From Nitrospirota bacterium (GTDB taxonomy: Bacteria; Nitrospirota; UBA9217), in assembly GCA_035625205.1 (NCBI GenBank), contig DASPQB010000253.1, forward strand, positions 4,930 through 68,929: 64,000 nucleotides of DNA. The letters are read 5' to 3'. Shown here one piece after another: positions 48,369 to 58,080 of the stretch. Position 1 is the stretch's first letter. Each line of letters begins with the position of its first letter. The notes under the pieces are model-generated. The model made no database searches, was not told the DNA's origin, and saw only the letters and a program-made list of their open reading frames with translations. The translations under genes and the position numbers were made by a program.

Positions 48369-48413
48369 CTTTCGGTTGATGACAAGAACTATGGTGGCCG
48401 GTTCCTCCGAAGT

Positions 48414-48803
48414 CTACTTCCCCTCTTCTTCTTTCAGGAACTTTTCGTACTCCGACTTGCTCATCAAGTCGTTCAATTCGGAAGTATCGCTCATTTCAAG
48501 CACAACGAGCCAGCCATTTCCGTAGGGGTCTTCGTTTATGATCTCTGGCGAGTCGGCGAGGTCCTCGTTCACCTCCACCACTGTGCCCGACACCGGACTA
48601 ACGACAGGCGAAGTCGCTTTCGTAGACTCGACTTCGGAAAGCTCAGAGTCTGCATCGATTTCCGTGTCTGTTTCTGGAAGATCGATATAAACAATATCAC
48701 CCATCTGCTGTTGGGCATAGTCGGTAATGCCGATTGTTGCCCGCTTTCCTTCCGCCCGAACCCAAGCATGCTCTCTGTGATATTTTATATCATCGGGATT
48801 CAT
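48414..48803 (-). CDS. gcvH: Glycine cleavage system H protein (lipoyl carrier)
   Basis: 129 aa with lipoyl-lysine motif SELSEVESTKATSPVVSPVSG and HAWV motif. Confidence 0.9.
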   Translation of the reverse strand: MNPDDIKYHREHAWVRAEGKRATIGITDYAQQQMGDIVYIDLPETDTEIDADSELSEVESTKATSPVVSPVSGTVVEVNEDLADSPEIINEDPYGNGWLVVLEMSDTSELNDLMSKSEYEKFLKEEEGK

Positions 48804-48845
48804 GGATACCTACCTCCAAATTGGAACGTGAAGAGAATGAGTCTG

Positions 48846-48874
48846 TTTTTAGCCCATGCGCGCTATTTTGTCAA
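48846..48874 (-). promoter_or_regulatory. Putative sigma70 promoter for gcvH
   Basis: Minus strand TTGACA - 17 nt - TAAAAA ~45 nt upstream of the gcvH ATG. A perfect extended -10 TGTTATAAT also occurs further upstream (48940-48948, minus strand). Confidence 0.3.
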
Positions 48875-49668
48875 GCAAAAAAATGTCGTCATTCATCGGC
48901 TTGCTGCAGAGAAGAACTTTCACGAGGGAAGATTAAAATATTATAACACAGCAACAGGCAAGAGAGAACGCTCAGGGATGTCATAGCTCATGTTGACGTA
49001 CTCCCAACGCTAAAGAACGTAGGGCTACCCACGCCATTTCCCTAAACGTAAATCGGGATAGGGGGGAGCCTCTCGGCTCCTCCCCTCCCACACCGTGCGT
49101 ACGGCTGCGTACACGGCAGTTCGGCTGGTTAAGCGAACGCTTCTCGCCTCGCTTTGGGTAGGCAGTGTTTCGCAAGCGTTTCGGTCCTTGTCGGTGTCCC
49201 TCGGGGCTTCACCCCTACCTTCACCGTGAACAGCTATACTGGATTTTCTGCCGCATTACGTTGGCAGTTTCATCCTACATGCAACTCCAACCGTTTGGGC
49301 CTTCGCCCCGCCACGGGACTATGATGCCCTCTGCGGACTTCTGCGCCACGGTCAGGAAACCTCACGGCTCCCTCAGTCTCGATTCCGGGACATGACGCAG
49401 ATCTCCCGAGGTAAATTCGACCGCCTTCCGCGCACAACCGCTGGATTTACGCCCTGCGCCTTTGATGGATGTCGACATCGCGATCATTTGCCCGCTCGTG
49501 GGGCACTCACGCCTCATAGCCGGTTTTTGTTCATCGGCTCGCGCGTTTGCTCCACGCTTCTTTCAGACCCCGCGTCTCGATGAAGCCCTTGCGCTTCGCT
49601 AACCCTTCGCCTCCATCAGGCTGGGTAGCGGACTCGCACCTCCAAACTGTCGAACATGCTCGGCACAC

Positions 49669-49697
49669 AAAAAAAGGGATGCGTTTCTTCGCATCCC
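49669..49697 (-). terminator. Rho-independent terminator of the rnf operon
   Basis: Minus strand: GGGATGCG-aagaaa-CGCATCCC followed by TTTTTTT, 30 nt after the rnfB stop. Confidence 0.7.
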
Positions 49698-49727
49698 CTT
49701 CACTTCACAAATGTCATTACGATAGTG

Positions 49728-50885
49728 CTATACTGCAACCGATTCCTCTGTTTTTGATTTTTTCTGCACGGTTGCGGAAGCAGCTTCCACCATGGTTATC
49801 GCTTTTTTCGGGCAGCGGGACTCGCACATCCTGCAGCCAATGCACTTCTCCTGGTTGACGACATGCAACGAACGGATTTCGCCGGAGATAGCGTTAACGG
49901 GGCAGACCTTCTCACACACATCGATGCCTACGCACTTCGCAGGATCGATATATGCTTTCGGCCGGGGGATATAATCGAAGATCGCATGCGTGGGACATTT
50001 CTTGACGCAAAGACCGCAGCTGATGCACTTGCTCTGGTCGATGCGCGCAAGATTGTTGTCGATCTTAATGGCATCCACCGGGCAGGTCCTGACGCAGATT
50101 CCGCAGGCGATGCAGCCGACCTGGCACTTTTTCTTGACGTCAACACCCTTGTCCCTGCTGTGGCAGCTGATGATCACAGCCTTAGAGGTCTGGGCAAGTT
50201 CGATGACCTGCTTAGGGCAGGCGGCTACGCACTTTCCGCAGGCCGTACACTTATCGGGATTTATAATCGGCAGGTTGTCGGCACTCATCGTGATCGCATC
50301 AAAAGGACAAGCCCGCATGCAGGTCCCGAATCCCAGGCATCCGTACTCACAGGATTTATCTCCACCAGCAGCCAGTACCGCCGCAGTGCAGTCCTGCACG
50401 CCGGTATAGATAAACCTCCTCTGGCTGAGCGACGCTCCACCCTGGCAGAAGACACGGGCAATCTTAGGCTCGAATTTTTCCGCTTTTTTACCCGTGATTT
50501 CGGCGATCTTTTCGGCGACTGCTGATTTACCAGGAGCGCACATGCTCACTGCTACGTCGGGATTGCCCACGACTGCCTCGGCGTATCCCATGCAGCCCGC
50601 GAACCCACAGGCCCCGCAGTTTGCGCCGGGCAGGACCTCGCGGACCTGCTCTACTTTTGGATCTACTTTCACCACGAAGCGGGCAGCGACCAGGGCAAGA
50701 GCCACGCCAAACACGATGCCGAGCCCCGCTAGTACGATTAGTGTCACATACACAGTGGACGTAGGGACGGCTCCTGTTGCCTCCGATGAAGCGCCAGCGT
50801 CGATGAGTGGCACAAGCTTGTTCGTAATCGTAAATAGTGAGTGGGAGAAGACCTGCATCAGAATATGCATAAATTGTTCATACAT
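49728..50885 (-). CDS. rnfB: Rnf complex subunit B with extended poly-ferredoxin domain
   Basis: N-terminal TM helix plus the PGANCGACGFAGC motif typical of RnfB, then at least five additional CxxCxxCxxxCP ferredoxin motifs (385 aa ORF). The true start may be an internal Met. Confidence 0.7.
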   Translation of the reverse strand: MYEQFMHILMQVFSHSLFTITNKLVPLIDAGASSEATGAVPTSTVYVTLIVLAGLGIVFGVALALVAARFVVKVDPKVEQVREVLPGANCGACGFAGCMGYAEAVVGNPDVAVSMCAPGKSAVAEKIAEITGKKAEKFEPKIARVFCQGGASLSQRRFIYTGVQDCTAAVLAAGGDKSCEYGCLGFGTCMRACPFDAITMSADNLPIINPDKCTACGKCVAACPKQVIELAQTSKAVIISCHSRDKGVDVKKKCQVGCIACGICVRTCPVDAIKIDNNLARIDQSKCISCGLCVKKCPTHAIFDYIPRPKAYIDPAKCVGIDVCEKVCPVNAISGEIRSLHVVNQEKCIGCRMCESRCPKKAITMVEAASATVQKKSKTEESVAV

Positions 50886-50986
50886 GGTATTATACCTTTA
50901 GTATAGTAGTTTTGAAGCCAAGGATTATTGGAAGACTCGATTTGATCGGTTTCATTCGCATCCCGCAACCCTTCTTGCACAGTGCA

Positions 50987-51571
50987 TTACAGCGTGATCA
51001 TGCCTGAAAATCCCAGGAAAGCCAGGGCGATCAACCCGGTCAGCACGAACGAGATGGGAAGTCCCTGAAAAGACCTGGGGACATCGGCAAGTTCCAATTT
51101 TTCCCGAATGCTCGCCATGATGACGAGAGCCATGCTGAAACCAAGACCAGATCCCAACGCGAGCGCCATACTCTCGAATAGGCTGTAATTTTCATCGGCA
51201 TTAAGGAGGGGAACGGCCAGGATGATGCAGTTCGTCACGATCAGGGCGAGGTATATGCCCAGTTTATAATACAATGCGGGGGCGACTTTTTTCATCATCG
51301 TGTCCGCTGCCTGCACAAAAGCAGCAACTGTTCCAATGAAGATCACGATCTTCAGAAAACCCAGATTATAGGGTATCATCACATAGTTATAGATGAGCCA
51401 GTTCAGTACCGCCTCGACCAGCATAACGGCCGTAAAGGTGAAACTCATTCCTATGGCCGTCTCCATCCTTTTCGTAACGCCAAAGAAAATGCAGAGACCG
51501 AGATAGCGTGAAAACACGAAATTGTTAATGAGTGCAGATGCAATGAATATGGTTAGAACATGCTGCCACAT
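50987..51571 (-). CDS. rnfA: Rnf complex subunit A
   Basis: 194-aa polytopic membrane protein of the RnfA/NqrE family, in operon position after rnfE. Confidence 0.85.
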   Translation of the reverse strand: MWQHVLTIFIASALINNFVFSRYLGLCIFFGVTKRMETAIGMSFTFTAVMLVEAVLNWLIYNYVMIPYNLGFLKIVIFIGTVAAFVQAADTMMKKVAPALYYKLGIYLALIVTNCIILAVPLLNADENYSLFESMALALGSGLGFSMALVIMASIREKLELADVPRSFQGLPISFVLTGLIALAFLGFSGMITL

Positions 51572-51652
51572 GATACCCTCCGCATGATGTCATTTCGGAT
51601 TGCGAATTGCAAGTTTGTGATTTTTCATGACGCGTCTAACATTCAGTTTTGG

Positions 51653-52282
51653 CTAGTGCCCGCCGCTGCTTGCTCCCGCGCCGCCGAAGAACTTCCGGTC
51701 TATCCAGTTGAGCCACCCCATCATGAGACCCATTGCGAAAAAACCTCCCGTCGGCATGATCATGATGAGAAGCGGTTTTGCGGGCAGTATCTGGGTTCCC
51801 CAGAACGATCCTTTGCCCAAAAACTCCCTGAACACACCAAGCAGCATCAGGGATAGTAAAAATCCGAGTCCCATCCCTACTCCGTCAACAAATGACGGCA
51901 AAAGTGTGTTCCTGCTCGCGAACATCTCAGCCCGGGAAAGGATGATGGCAAAGGCGACGATGAGCATGATATAGAGACCCATTTCCTTGTAGACTGCCCT
52001 TTGGTAGGCAGACATCACCTGATCGATCACCGTAACCCATGTGGCGGTAATGAATACGTAGGAGGGAATACGCACCTTCGGGTTGATGAAGTTCCGCAAG
52101 ATGGAAACGGTTACATTCGTCATGGTCATGACAAACAAAACGGCAACACCCATCAGAAACCCATTTTTTACGCCGCTCGTAACAGCAACCGCCGGACAGA
52201 GAGAGAGCGCAAGCCTGAAGACCGGATTCTCACCGAAGATGCCGTTTTTGAGCAGCGCCCCTAAACTTACATTATTACTCAT
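51653..52282 (-). CDS. rnfE: Rnf complex subunit E
   Basis: 209-aa membrane protein of the RnfE/NqrD family, in operon position. Confidence 0.85.
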   Translation of the reverse strand: MSNNVSLGALLKNGIFGENPVFRLALSLCPAVAVTSGVKNGFLMGVAVLFVMTMTNVTVSILRNFINPKVRIPSYVFITATWVTVIDQVMSAYQRAVYKEMGLYIMLIVAFAIILSRAEMFASRNTLLPSFVDGVGMGLGFLLSLMLLGVFREFLGKGSFWGTQILPAKPLLIMIMPTGGFFAMGLMMGWLNWIDRKFFGGAGASSGGH

Positions 52283-52866
52283 TTTTCCACCCCCTGCACC
52301 GCAGTCTTTATGCCTGCACCATACTTATCGACAAGCAACTGCACTGCGTCTTTCACGCCGTTAGTCACGCCGCGGCTCGAATACGTGGCTCCGGATACGG
52401 CCTGGATGTTTTCCTTGGTCTCGGTTTTTGTCAGGATGATCTGCGAAAGTGACTTGCCTTTGAACTGGTCGAGGAAGCTCTTTTCCAGAACCTGGTCCCC
52501 GAGACCGGGAGTTTCATTCATATCGAGGATCTTGACATCCCTAATTTTCATGTCAGGACTGAGTGAAACGAGCATCTTTATGAAACTGGAATATCCTTTA
52601 CCAGCAGTTTCGGCGATATAGGCTACCGATATCCCGCTGGCTGTCGCCTGATAATACTCGTAGGACTTATTATCAGCGCTCCAGGTGCCTGCCGGCTTAA
52701 TGGGGTCGGTCGCATCGGGAGCCATCTCTTTCAAGGCTTCTTCCTTCTCCTTCTTCTCAGCCTGAAACCGGACAGGATGAGTATGTTGATAGGTTACACT
52801 CATGATGATGCCCGCGACGATGAATATCGCGACGAGAGGGAGGGTTATCTTCAATATGTCCTTCAT
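52279..52866 (-). CDS. rnfG: Rnf complex subunit G (FMN-binding)
   Basis: N-terminal anchor plus FMN-attachment motif SGATYSSRG. 195 aa. Confidence 0.8.
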   Translation of the reverse strand: MKDILKITLPLVAIFIVAGIIMSVTYQHTHPVRFQAEKKEKEEALKEMAPDATDPIKPAGTWSADNKSYEYYQATASGISVAYIAETAGKGYSSFIKMLVSLSPDMKIRDVKILDMNETPGLGDQVLEKSFLDQFKGKSLSQIILTKTETKENIQAVSGATYSSRGVTNGVKDAVQLLVDKYGAGIKTAVQGVEK

Positions 52867-53894
52867 TTCTTCACCACCTTGGCCTCTGTTTTGCCGAAGA
52901 CCGGACTCCTCATGCCCCGGTCAAGGAGAGGTGCGAAGCAGTTCATGAGGAGGATGGCGAACATCACGCCCTCGGGATAACCGCCTTTCAGTCGTATGAG
53001 CGTCGTAAGAATGCCAGCGCAGATGCCGAATACCACCTGGGCACTCCGGACCGAAGGTCCCGTCACGTAGTCCGTAGCCATGAAGAACGCCCCGAGGATG
53101 AGACCACCGGACATCATGTGAAGAATCGGATCGCCAGTCATAAGGCCATCTTTGCCGCCGAAGACCCAGGTGAGAATGCCGACCGTGGCAATAAAAGGAA
53201 TGGGTATGTGCCACGTAATGTACCGCTTCATCATAAGAAACGCGGCTCCGAGCAAAAGGGCAACGGCTGATGTCTCGCCGAGCGAACCGGCCCGGTTCCC
53301 GACGAACAGGTCCTGATACAGAGCTGCCTTGGTATGATAAATTTCAAGGAGCTTCGCCATGCCTTCCTCTTTGAGGATGACAAGGGGCGTAGCCGTCGTT
53401 TTGGCATCGAAGGCCATAAACGTCGTAGCCGGGGCGACAAAAGTGGTCATGATTTTTGCGAAGCTGATGAGGACAAAGGCGCGTCCGACCAGCGCCGGAT
53501 TGAATATGTTGTAGCCGAGACCGCCGAAGAGCTGCTTGGCGATCATGATCGCCACGATGGAACCGACAACGGGAATATAGAGCGGCACGTTGGCCGGCAG
53601 GTTCATTGCAAGGAGCAGGCCCGTCAGGAACGCGCTCCCGTCTGAAAGCGTAACCGGCTTCTTGAGCAGCAATTGCATACCGGCCTCTGCCAGGAGAGAC
53701 GTCGCGAGACAGACAAGAATCACCATGATAGCCGGCAGGCCGAAGTAGTAGACCGACATGAGCGTAGCCGGTAGCAGCGCACCGCTCACAGTCCACATGA
53801 TCTTCGCCGTGCTCTCCATGTCGTGAATGTGGGGACCAATCGACACGATCAGCTTAGGCAGTTCTTTCGGTAGTTCCTTGGCAGGTGCTTCCAT
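52863..53894 (-). CDS. rnfD: Rnf complex subunit D
   Basis: 343-aa polytopic membrane protein of the RnfD/NqrB family with a conserved flavin-attachment Thr context. Confidence 0.85.
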   Translation of the reverse strand: MEAPAKELPKELPKLIVSIGPHIHDMESTAKIMWTVSGALLPATLMSVYYFGLPAIMVILVCLATSLLAEAGMQLLLKKPVTLSDGSAFLTGLLLAMNLPANVPLYIPVVGSIVAIMIAKQLFGGLGYNIFNPALVGRAFVLISFAKIMTTFVAPATTFMAFDAKTTATPLVILKEEGMAKLLEIYHTKAALYQDLFVGNRAGSLGETSAVALLLGAAFLMMKRYITWHIPIPFIATVGILTWVFGGKDGLMTGDPILHMMSGGLILGAFFMATDYVTGPSVRSAQVVFGICAGILTTLIRLKGGYPEGVMFAILLMNCFAPLLDRGMRSPVFGKTEAKVVKK

Positions 53895-53993
53895 CAGATG
53901 ACCCTCTCTTCTCTAACATGGTGCGCAGGGCACGGAGCAAAGAATGGAAGACCGATCTCTGTTCAATGCGTCCTGTTATCCGCCCTCTGCGCA

Positions 53994-55349
53994 TTAATTT
54001 TTCTTTTTTGCCAGCTCCTTTTTGGCTTTTTTCACCCACTGGACCATCGGCCGGTTAGCGGGGCAGACGAAAGTACAGGAACCACACTCAAAGCAGTCCA
54101 TCAGGTTATAGTTCTTCGCGTCTTCGTAGTGTCCCTTCTCGACGTAAAGTCCAATGTAGGAGGGTTGGAGTTTCATTGGACAAGCGTCGATGCATCTGCC
54201 ACAGCGGATACACGGGCCGTAGGGTTTCGTGTATACTTCGTCCCGCGGAAGTACCGTGATTCCGGACGTTCCTTTTATCACTGGCACATCGAGCGTATAC
54301 TGGCTCATGCCCATCATGGGGCCGCCAGAGATAACTTTGGCTGCATTGTCGGTAAGGCCGCCTGCCTCTTCAATGAGTTGAGAGAACGGGGTGCCGATCC
54401 GTACGAGGAAATTTTTCGGCTCTTTCACCCCTCGGCCTGTCACCGTAACGTAACGCTCAATCAGCGGTTTACCGTAGCGCACGGCGTTGTAGATGGCCTC
54501 CGCGGTGCCGACGTTCTGGACGACGACGTGGACATCCATGGGCAATCCGCCCGCCGGCACTGTCCTGCCTGCGATGGCCTTAATGAGCATTTTTTCGGCT
54601 CCCTGCGGGTACTTGACCTTGACTGGCCAGACGTTGACCTCGGGAGAACCTGCCGCGGCTTTGGTCATGGACTCGATGGCGTCGGGCTTGTTAGATTCGA
54701 TGCCAATATATCCCTTGCTCACGTTCAGAATTCGCATGAGGATCTTGAGGCCATCTACGATTTCCGAGGACTTTTCGAGCATGAGTCTGTGGTCCGACGT
54801 GAGATAGGGTTCGCACTCTGCGCCATTTAGGATTATAACGTCGATCGGCTTCTCTTTGGGAGGGGAAAGCTTGACATGGGTGGGAAACGTTGCCCCGCCC
54901 ATACCCACAATGCCGGCATCTTGAACAATCTTCTTCAGCTCATCGGGGCTCAGTAGCTGATAATCGGGGTTTTCCTTCAGTCCGCCGACCCACTCATCTT
55001 TACCGTCGTTCTCGATGACAACTCCAGGCATGTCCGTACCAAGTACATGTGGAAAGTTGCCGAGAGCAACGACCTTCCCCGAGATCGTAGCATGAACGGG
55101 GGCAGAGACAAAACCAGTGGTTTCACCGATCTTTTCTCCTTTTTTTACTTCTTGCCCGATGACGACGAGTGGTTTCGTTGGTGCGCCGATATGCTGACTG
55201 AGGGGGATAACTGCTCTCTTGGGGATTGCTGCGGTAACGGTCGGCTTGTGTGCTGTGAGCTGCTTGTTATCAGCGGGATGCACACCTCCGCTGAATGTAT
55301 CATGAGCTTTTACGGTTGTGGCTTCCATCAGTCTCACCTGCCATAGCAT
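53994..55349 (-). CDS. rnfC: Rnf complex subunit C (NADH-binding, 2x[4Fe-4S])
   Basis: 451 aa. Motifs CIRCGRCIDACP and CFECGSCTFVCP plus an NADH/FMN-binding region. First gene of rnfCDGEAB. Confidence 0.9.
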   Translation of the reverse strand: MLWQVRLMEATTVKAHDTFSGGVHPADNKQLTAHKPTVTAAIPKRAVIPLSQHIGAPTKPLVVIGQEVKKGEKIGETTGFVSAPVHATISGKVVALGNFPHVLGTDMPGVVIENDGKDEWVGGLKENPDYQLLSPDELKKIVQDAGIVGMGGATFPTHVKLSPPKEKPIDVIILNGAECEPYLTSDHRLMLEKSSEIVDGLKILMRILNVSKGYIGIESNKPDAIESMTKAAAGSPEVNVWPVKVKYPQGAEKMLIKAIAGRTVPAGGLPMDVHVVVQNVGTAEAIYNAVRYGKPLIERYVTVTGRGVKEPKNFLVRIGTPFSQLIEEAGGLTDNAAKVISGGPMMGMSQYTLDVPVIKGTSGITVLPRDEVYTKPYGPCIRCGRCIDACPMKLQPSYIGLYVEKGHYEDAKNYNLMDCFECGSCTFVCPANRPMVQWVKKAKKELAKKKN

Positions 55350-55811
55350 ATATAAATGAACGTTGGAGTTTTCGCCTTCATAATTTAAAAAGCCGCACCG
55401 TTTATAACAGAATGGCGCCGATGTGTCAAGCGAATTTTTCCTGAGACCTATTGAAAATCCTTCTAATTTTGCTCCCTACAGATCCGTTGGTGCGGTAAAT
55501 GTGCTAGAAAGTCTTTCCTCGGTGGCGAGCGTCGGAGGGGGATACTCTGAGAGGGGAAGAGGCAGTACAATCCAGGTAACACATTAGAAAACATGAGACC
55601 GCAGGTTCCCGTTCGCTCTTGACGATGATAATACTATTTTCCCACGATAACGAGCAGCGCTGCTGCCAATTCCGATCTCTGAACTGTACGGCTGACGCCG
55701 TTTGCATCCGTCTTTCTCAACTCAATTGCGTGAAACCAGCATGCCAGGACGACAGAAAAGAATGCGGTCCTCTTTACCTGAAATCCTGTCATGAAAAAAC
55801 AAACAATAAAG

Positions 55812-56036
55812 TTACGCTACCTGGACTACTTCCTTCACATCAGGGATCTGCTCTTTCAGAAATTTCTCAACACCCATCTTGAGCGTCATGGTTGACATAG
55901 GACAGGAACCGCAGGCGCCTTTAAGCCGCACCTTCACAACTCCGCTGGCATCCACGCTGATGAGCTCGATGTCTCCGCCATCCCGCTGGAGCGAGGGCCG
56001 TACCTTTTTGAGCGCTTCTTCGACTTTTTCTTTCAT
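55812..56036 (-). CDS. NifU-like (Nfu-type) Fe-S cluster assembly domain protein
   Basis: 74 aa with the GACGSCPMS CxxC motif of the NifU C-terminal domain. RBS GAAGGAG upstream. Confidence 0.75.
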   Translation of the reverse strand: MKEKVEEALKKVRPSLQRDGGDIELISVDASGVVKVRLKGACGSCPMSTMTLKMGVEKFLKEQIPDVKEVVQVA

Positions 56037-56507
56037 GATCGGTCTCCTTCGTTGGCAATGATGTTACGCTACTTGCATATGGTATAATTATACCCTTTTT
56101 TACTCTCGATTAATAGATTTTTCTATGATCAGGATCATATTGCCGCCAACTGTCTCTTAACCACGGGCAGCAAGGGAGTGTCGAAGCAGAGGATGGACAG
56201 AGCGTGCATAATGATATCCTGCCGGCGAACGTTCAATCGTCAGTTCCCGTGCGCACCGAGCGATCATACCGATGGTAAGCATTTTTTCTGTCCCGATTTT
56301 CAAAACCTCGCAAATTCAATCGCACATGTCAGATCCTCTGATCCTGTCACTAGCTGTCGCCTTTGCATGTATAGAGGGGTGGCCACTACCCTGTTGATGT
56401 TCTTAGTGGTGGAGTCACGGGCGATGCATGGGTGGTCATTCTGGTAAGCTTGCGGTGGACAACTGAATATGAAACTATGGTGAATGAATTACGAGGGATG
56501 TAAGAAG

Positions 56508-57152
56508 CTATTCCTTCCATGCGTGGTTGCCGATAAGCGGGACAAATATGCAGGGGATGCTCCGGTCCGTCACGAACCCTTCGGCAGTCTTGATGACTTT
56601 TGTGAGCGTCTGTTCATATCGCTCTCCCACAGGGATCACCATCCTGCCGCCTTCTTTCAACTGCTCGACGAGCGGCGCGGGGATGTCTGGCGAGCCCGCC
56701 GTAACGATGATGGCGTCAAAGGGCGCCATGTCCTTCCAACCGTAGGTCCCGTCATAGACCTTGATCGCAACACTTCTGTACCCAAGACGGTCAAGGGTAG
56801 CCCGCGCACGATCTGCAAGTATTTTAATTCGTTCCACCGTATAGACCTTTTCGCATAATTCCGCGAGTACAGCTGCCTGGTATCCCGAGCCCGTACCGAT
56901 TTCGAGCACGCGCTCCGTGCCCGATAGTCCGAGGAGCTCTGACATCACTGCAACCATGTAGGGTTGAGACATAGTCTGTCCTTCGCCGAGCGGCAGCGCG
57001 CTGTCCTGGTACGCCATACCCCGGATGGCCTCAGGCAGGAATTCGTGCCTCGGCACCTTTCGCATGGCTAAGAGAACGCGCTCGTCCTTGATGCCCCGGC
57101 TGACGATCTGTTCATCCACCATACGGAGGCGTTCTTTCTCAAAGTTGATCAC
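56508..57152 (-). CDS. pcm: Protein-L-isoaspartate O-methyltransferase
   Basis: SAM-binding motif VLEIGTGSGYQAAVLA and conserved PIMT regions. 4-nt overlap with surE. Confidence 0.85.
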   Translation of the reverse strand: MINFEKERLRMVDEQIVSRGIKDERVLLAMRKVPRHEFLPEAIRGMAYQDSALPLGEGQTMSQPYMVAVMSELLGLSGTERVLEIGTGSGYQAAVLAELCEKVYTVERIKILADRARATLDRLGYRSVAIKVYDGTYGWKDMAPFDAIIVTAGSPDIPAPLVEQLKEGGRMVIPVGERYEQTLTKVIKTAEGFVTDRSIPCIFVPLIGNHAWKE

Positions 57153-57934
57153 TCGGCGCTCCTGTGCGTCGCGATCTCTCGGTAGGACATCGTCTCCATG
57201 GACCTCAGCAGGTTAAAAGATGCGTAATCCGTCATGTCGAGATGGAGCGGTGTGATCGAGACGAACTTCTTGTCCACGGCATCGAGGTCCGTCCCCGTCT
57301 CCCGTTCCCAGTCAGGTTCTCCCCCGCCGATCCAGTAGTACTTCTTCCCGCGCGGGTCAACGCGCTCCACCGTCATTTGATGGTAAATTCGCTTGCCGAG
57401 CCTGGTGATGAGCGTACCCTGCATTTTGTCGATAGGAAGGTTTGGAACATTGATGTTGAGAAGCGTTCCGGCGGGTAGTCCGTCCCGCATGATGCGCTTT
57501 ACAGCGTGGAATGCCACCTCCGCTGCCACAGCAAAACGAAAGTCCTCCCGTGCGGCAAGAGATATAGCAAAGGCAGGGATCCCAAGCAGGATACCCTCGA
57601 TAGCCCCTGCGACGGTCCCTGAATAGGTCACGTCGTCGCCGAGATTCGGCCCCTTGTTGATGCCCGATACGACCAGTTTCGGCACCTCTTTCAAAAGTCC
57701 CTTGACAGCGATATTCACGCAGTCTGTAGGCGTCCCATTGACGCTGTACATACCTTCCCTGACTTCCTCAATCAGAAGGGGGCGATGGAGCGTCATGGAA
57801 TGGCCTGCCGCACTCCGCTCCCGGTCCGGGGCCACGATTACGACCACATCGATCTCACGCAAGCGCTTTGCGAGGACCTGTATGCCCGGTGAATAAACAC
57901 CATCATCATTCGTAACGAGGATCATGTATGACAC
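57149..57934 (-). CDS. surE: 5'/3'-nucleotidase SurE
   Basis: N-terminal MILVTNDDG motif and conserved SurE core, 261 aa. Confidence 0.9.
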   Translation of the reverse strand: MSYMILVTNDDGVYSPGIQVLAKRLREIDVVVIVAPDRERSAAGHSMTLHRPLLIEEVREGMYSVNGTPTDCVNIAVKGLLKEVPKLVVSGINKGPNLGDDVTYSGTVAGAIEGILLGIPAFAISLAAREDFRFAVAAEVAFHAVKRIMRDGLPAGTLLNINVPNLPIDKMQGTLITRLGKRIYHQMTVERVDPRGKKYYWIGGGEPDWERETGTDLDAVDKKFVSITPLHLDMTDYASFNLLRSMETMSYREIATHRSAE

Positions 57935-58080
57935 CTCAGAATAACGCAGCTGTTGAATACAGGAGGTTTATACAATAAAAAGGAGTGAAAAGTAAAGGGG
58001 AAAGAGGAGCCACGGTCATCCGCCACATTATTCTCCACGGAGGAGACAAACCATGACGGTTTGAGCCTTACTGGTATTCA

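Noticed and set aside
48804-48990. Glycine riboswitch upstream of gcvH
   Set aside because: Expected tandem aptamer motifs (GGAGAG...CUCUGGAGAG...ACCGAAGGGGCAA) are absent. Only promoter-like hexamers were found.
48990-49668. Group II intron hypothesis for the GC-rich ORF-less segment (minus strand begins with GUGCG at ~49639)
   Set aside because: No convincing domain V (AGC triad, 2-nt bulge, GNRA-capped 34-nt hairpin) could be found by eye. The segment is too short to carry an intron-encoded RT. Left as 'unknown structured element'.
42551-56080. 10-mer GTTACGCTAC occurring three times (42552, 55811, 56071) as a possible regulatory motif
   Set aside because: Two copies are the reverse complement of GTA-GCG-TAA (Val-Ala-stop) at the ends of the GGDEF and Nfu genes. 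The third is a single intergenic copy. Not enough to call a motif.
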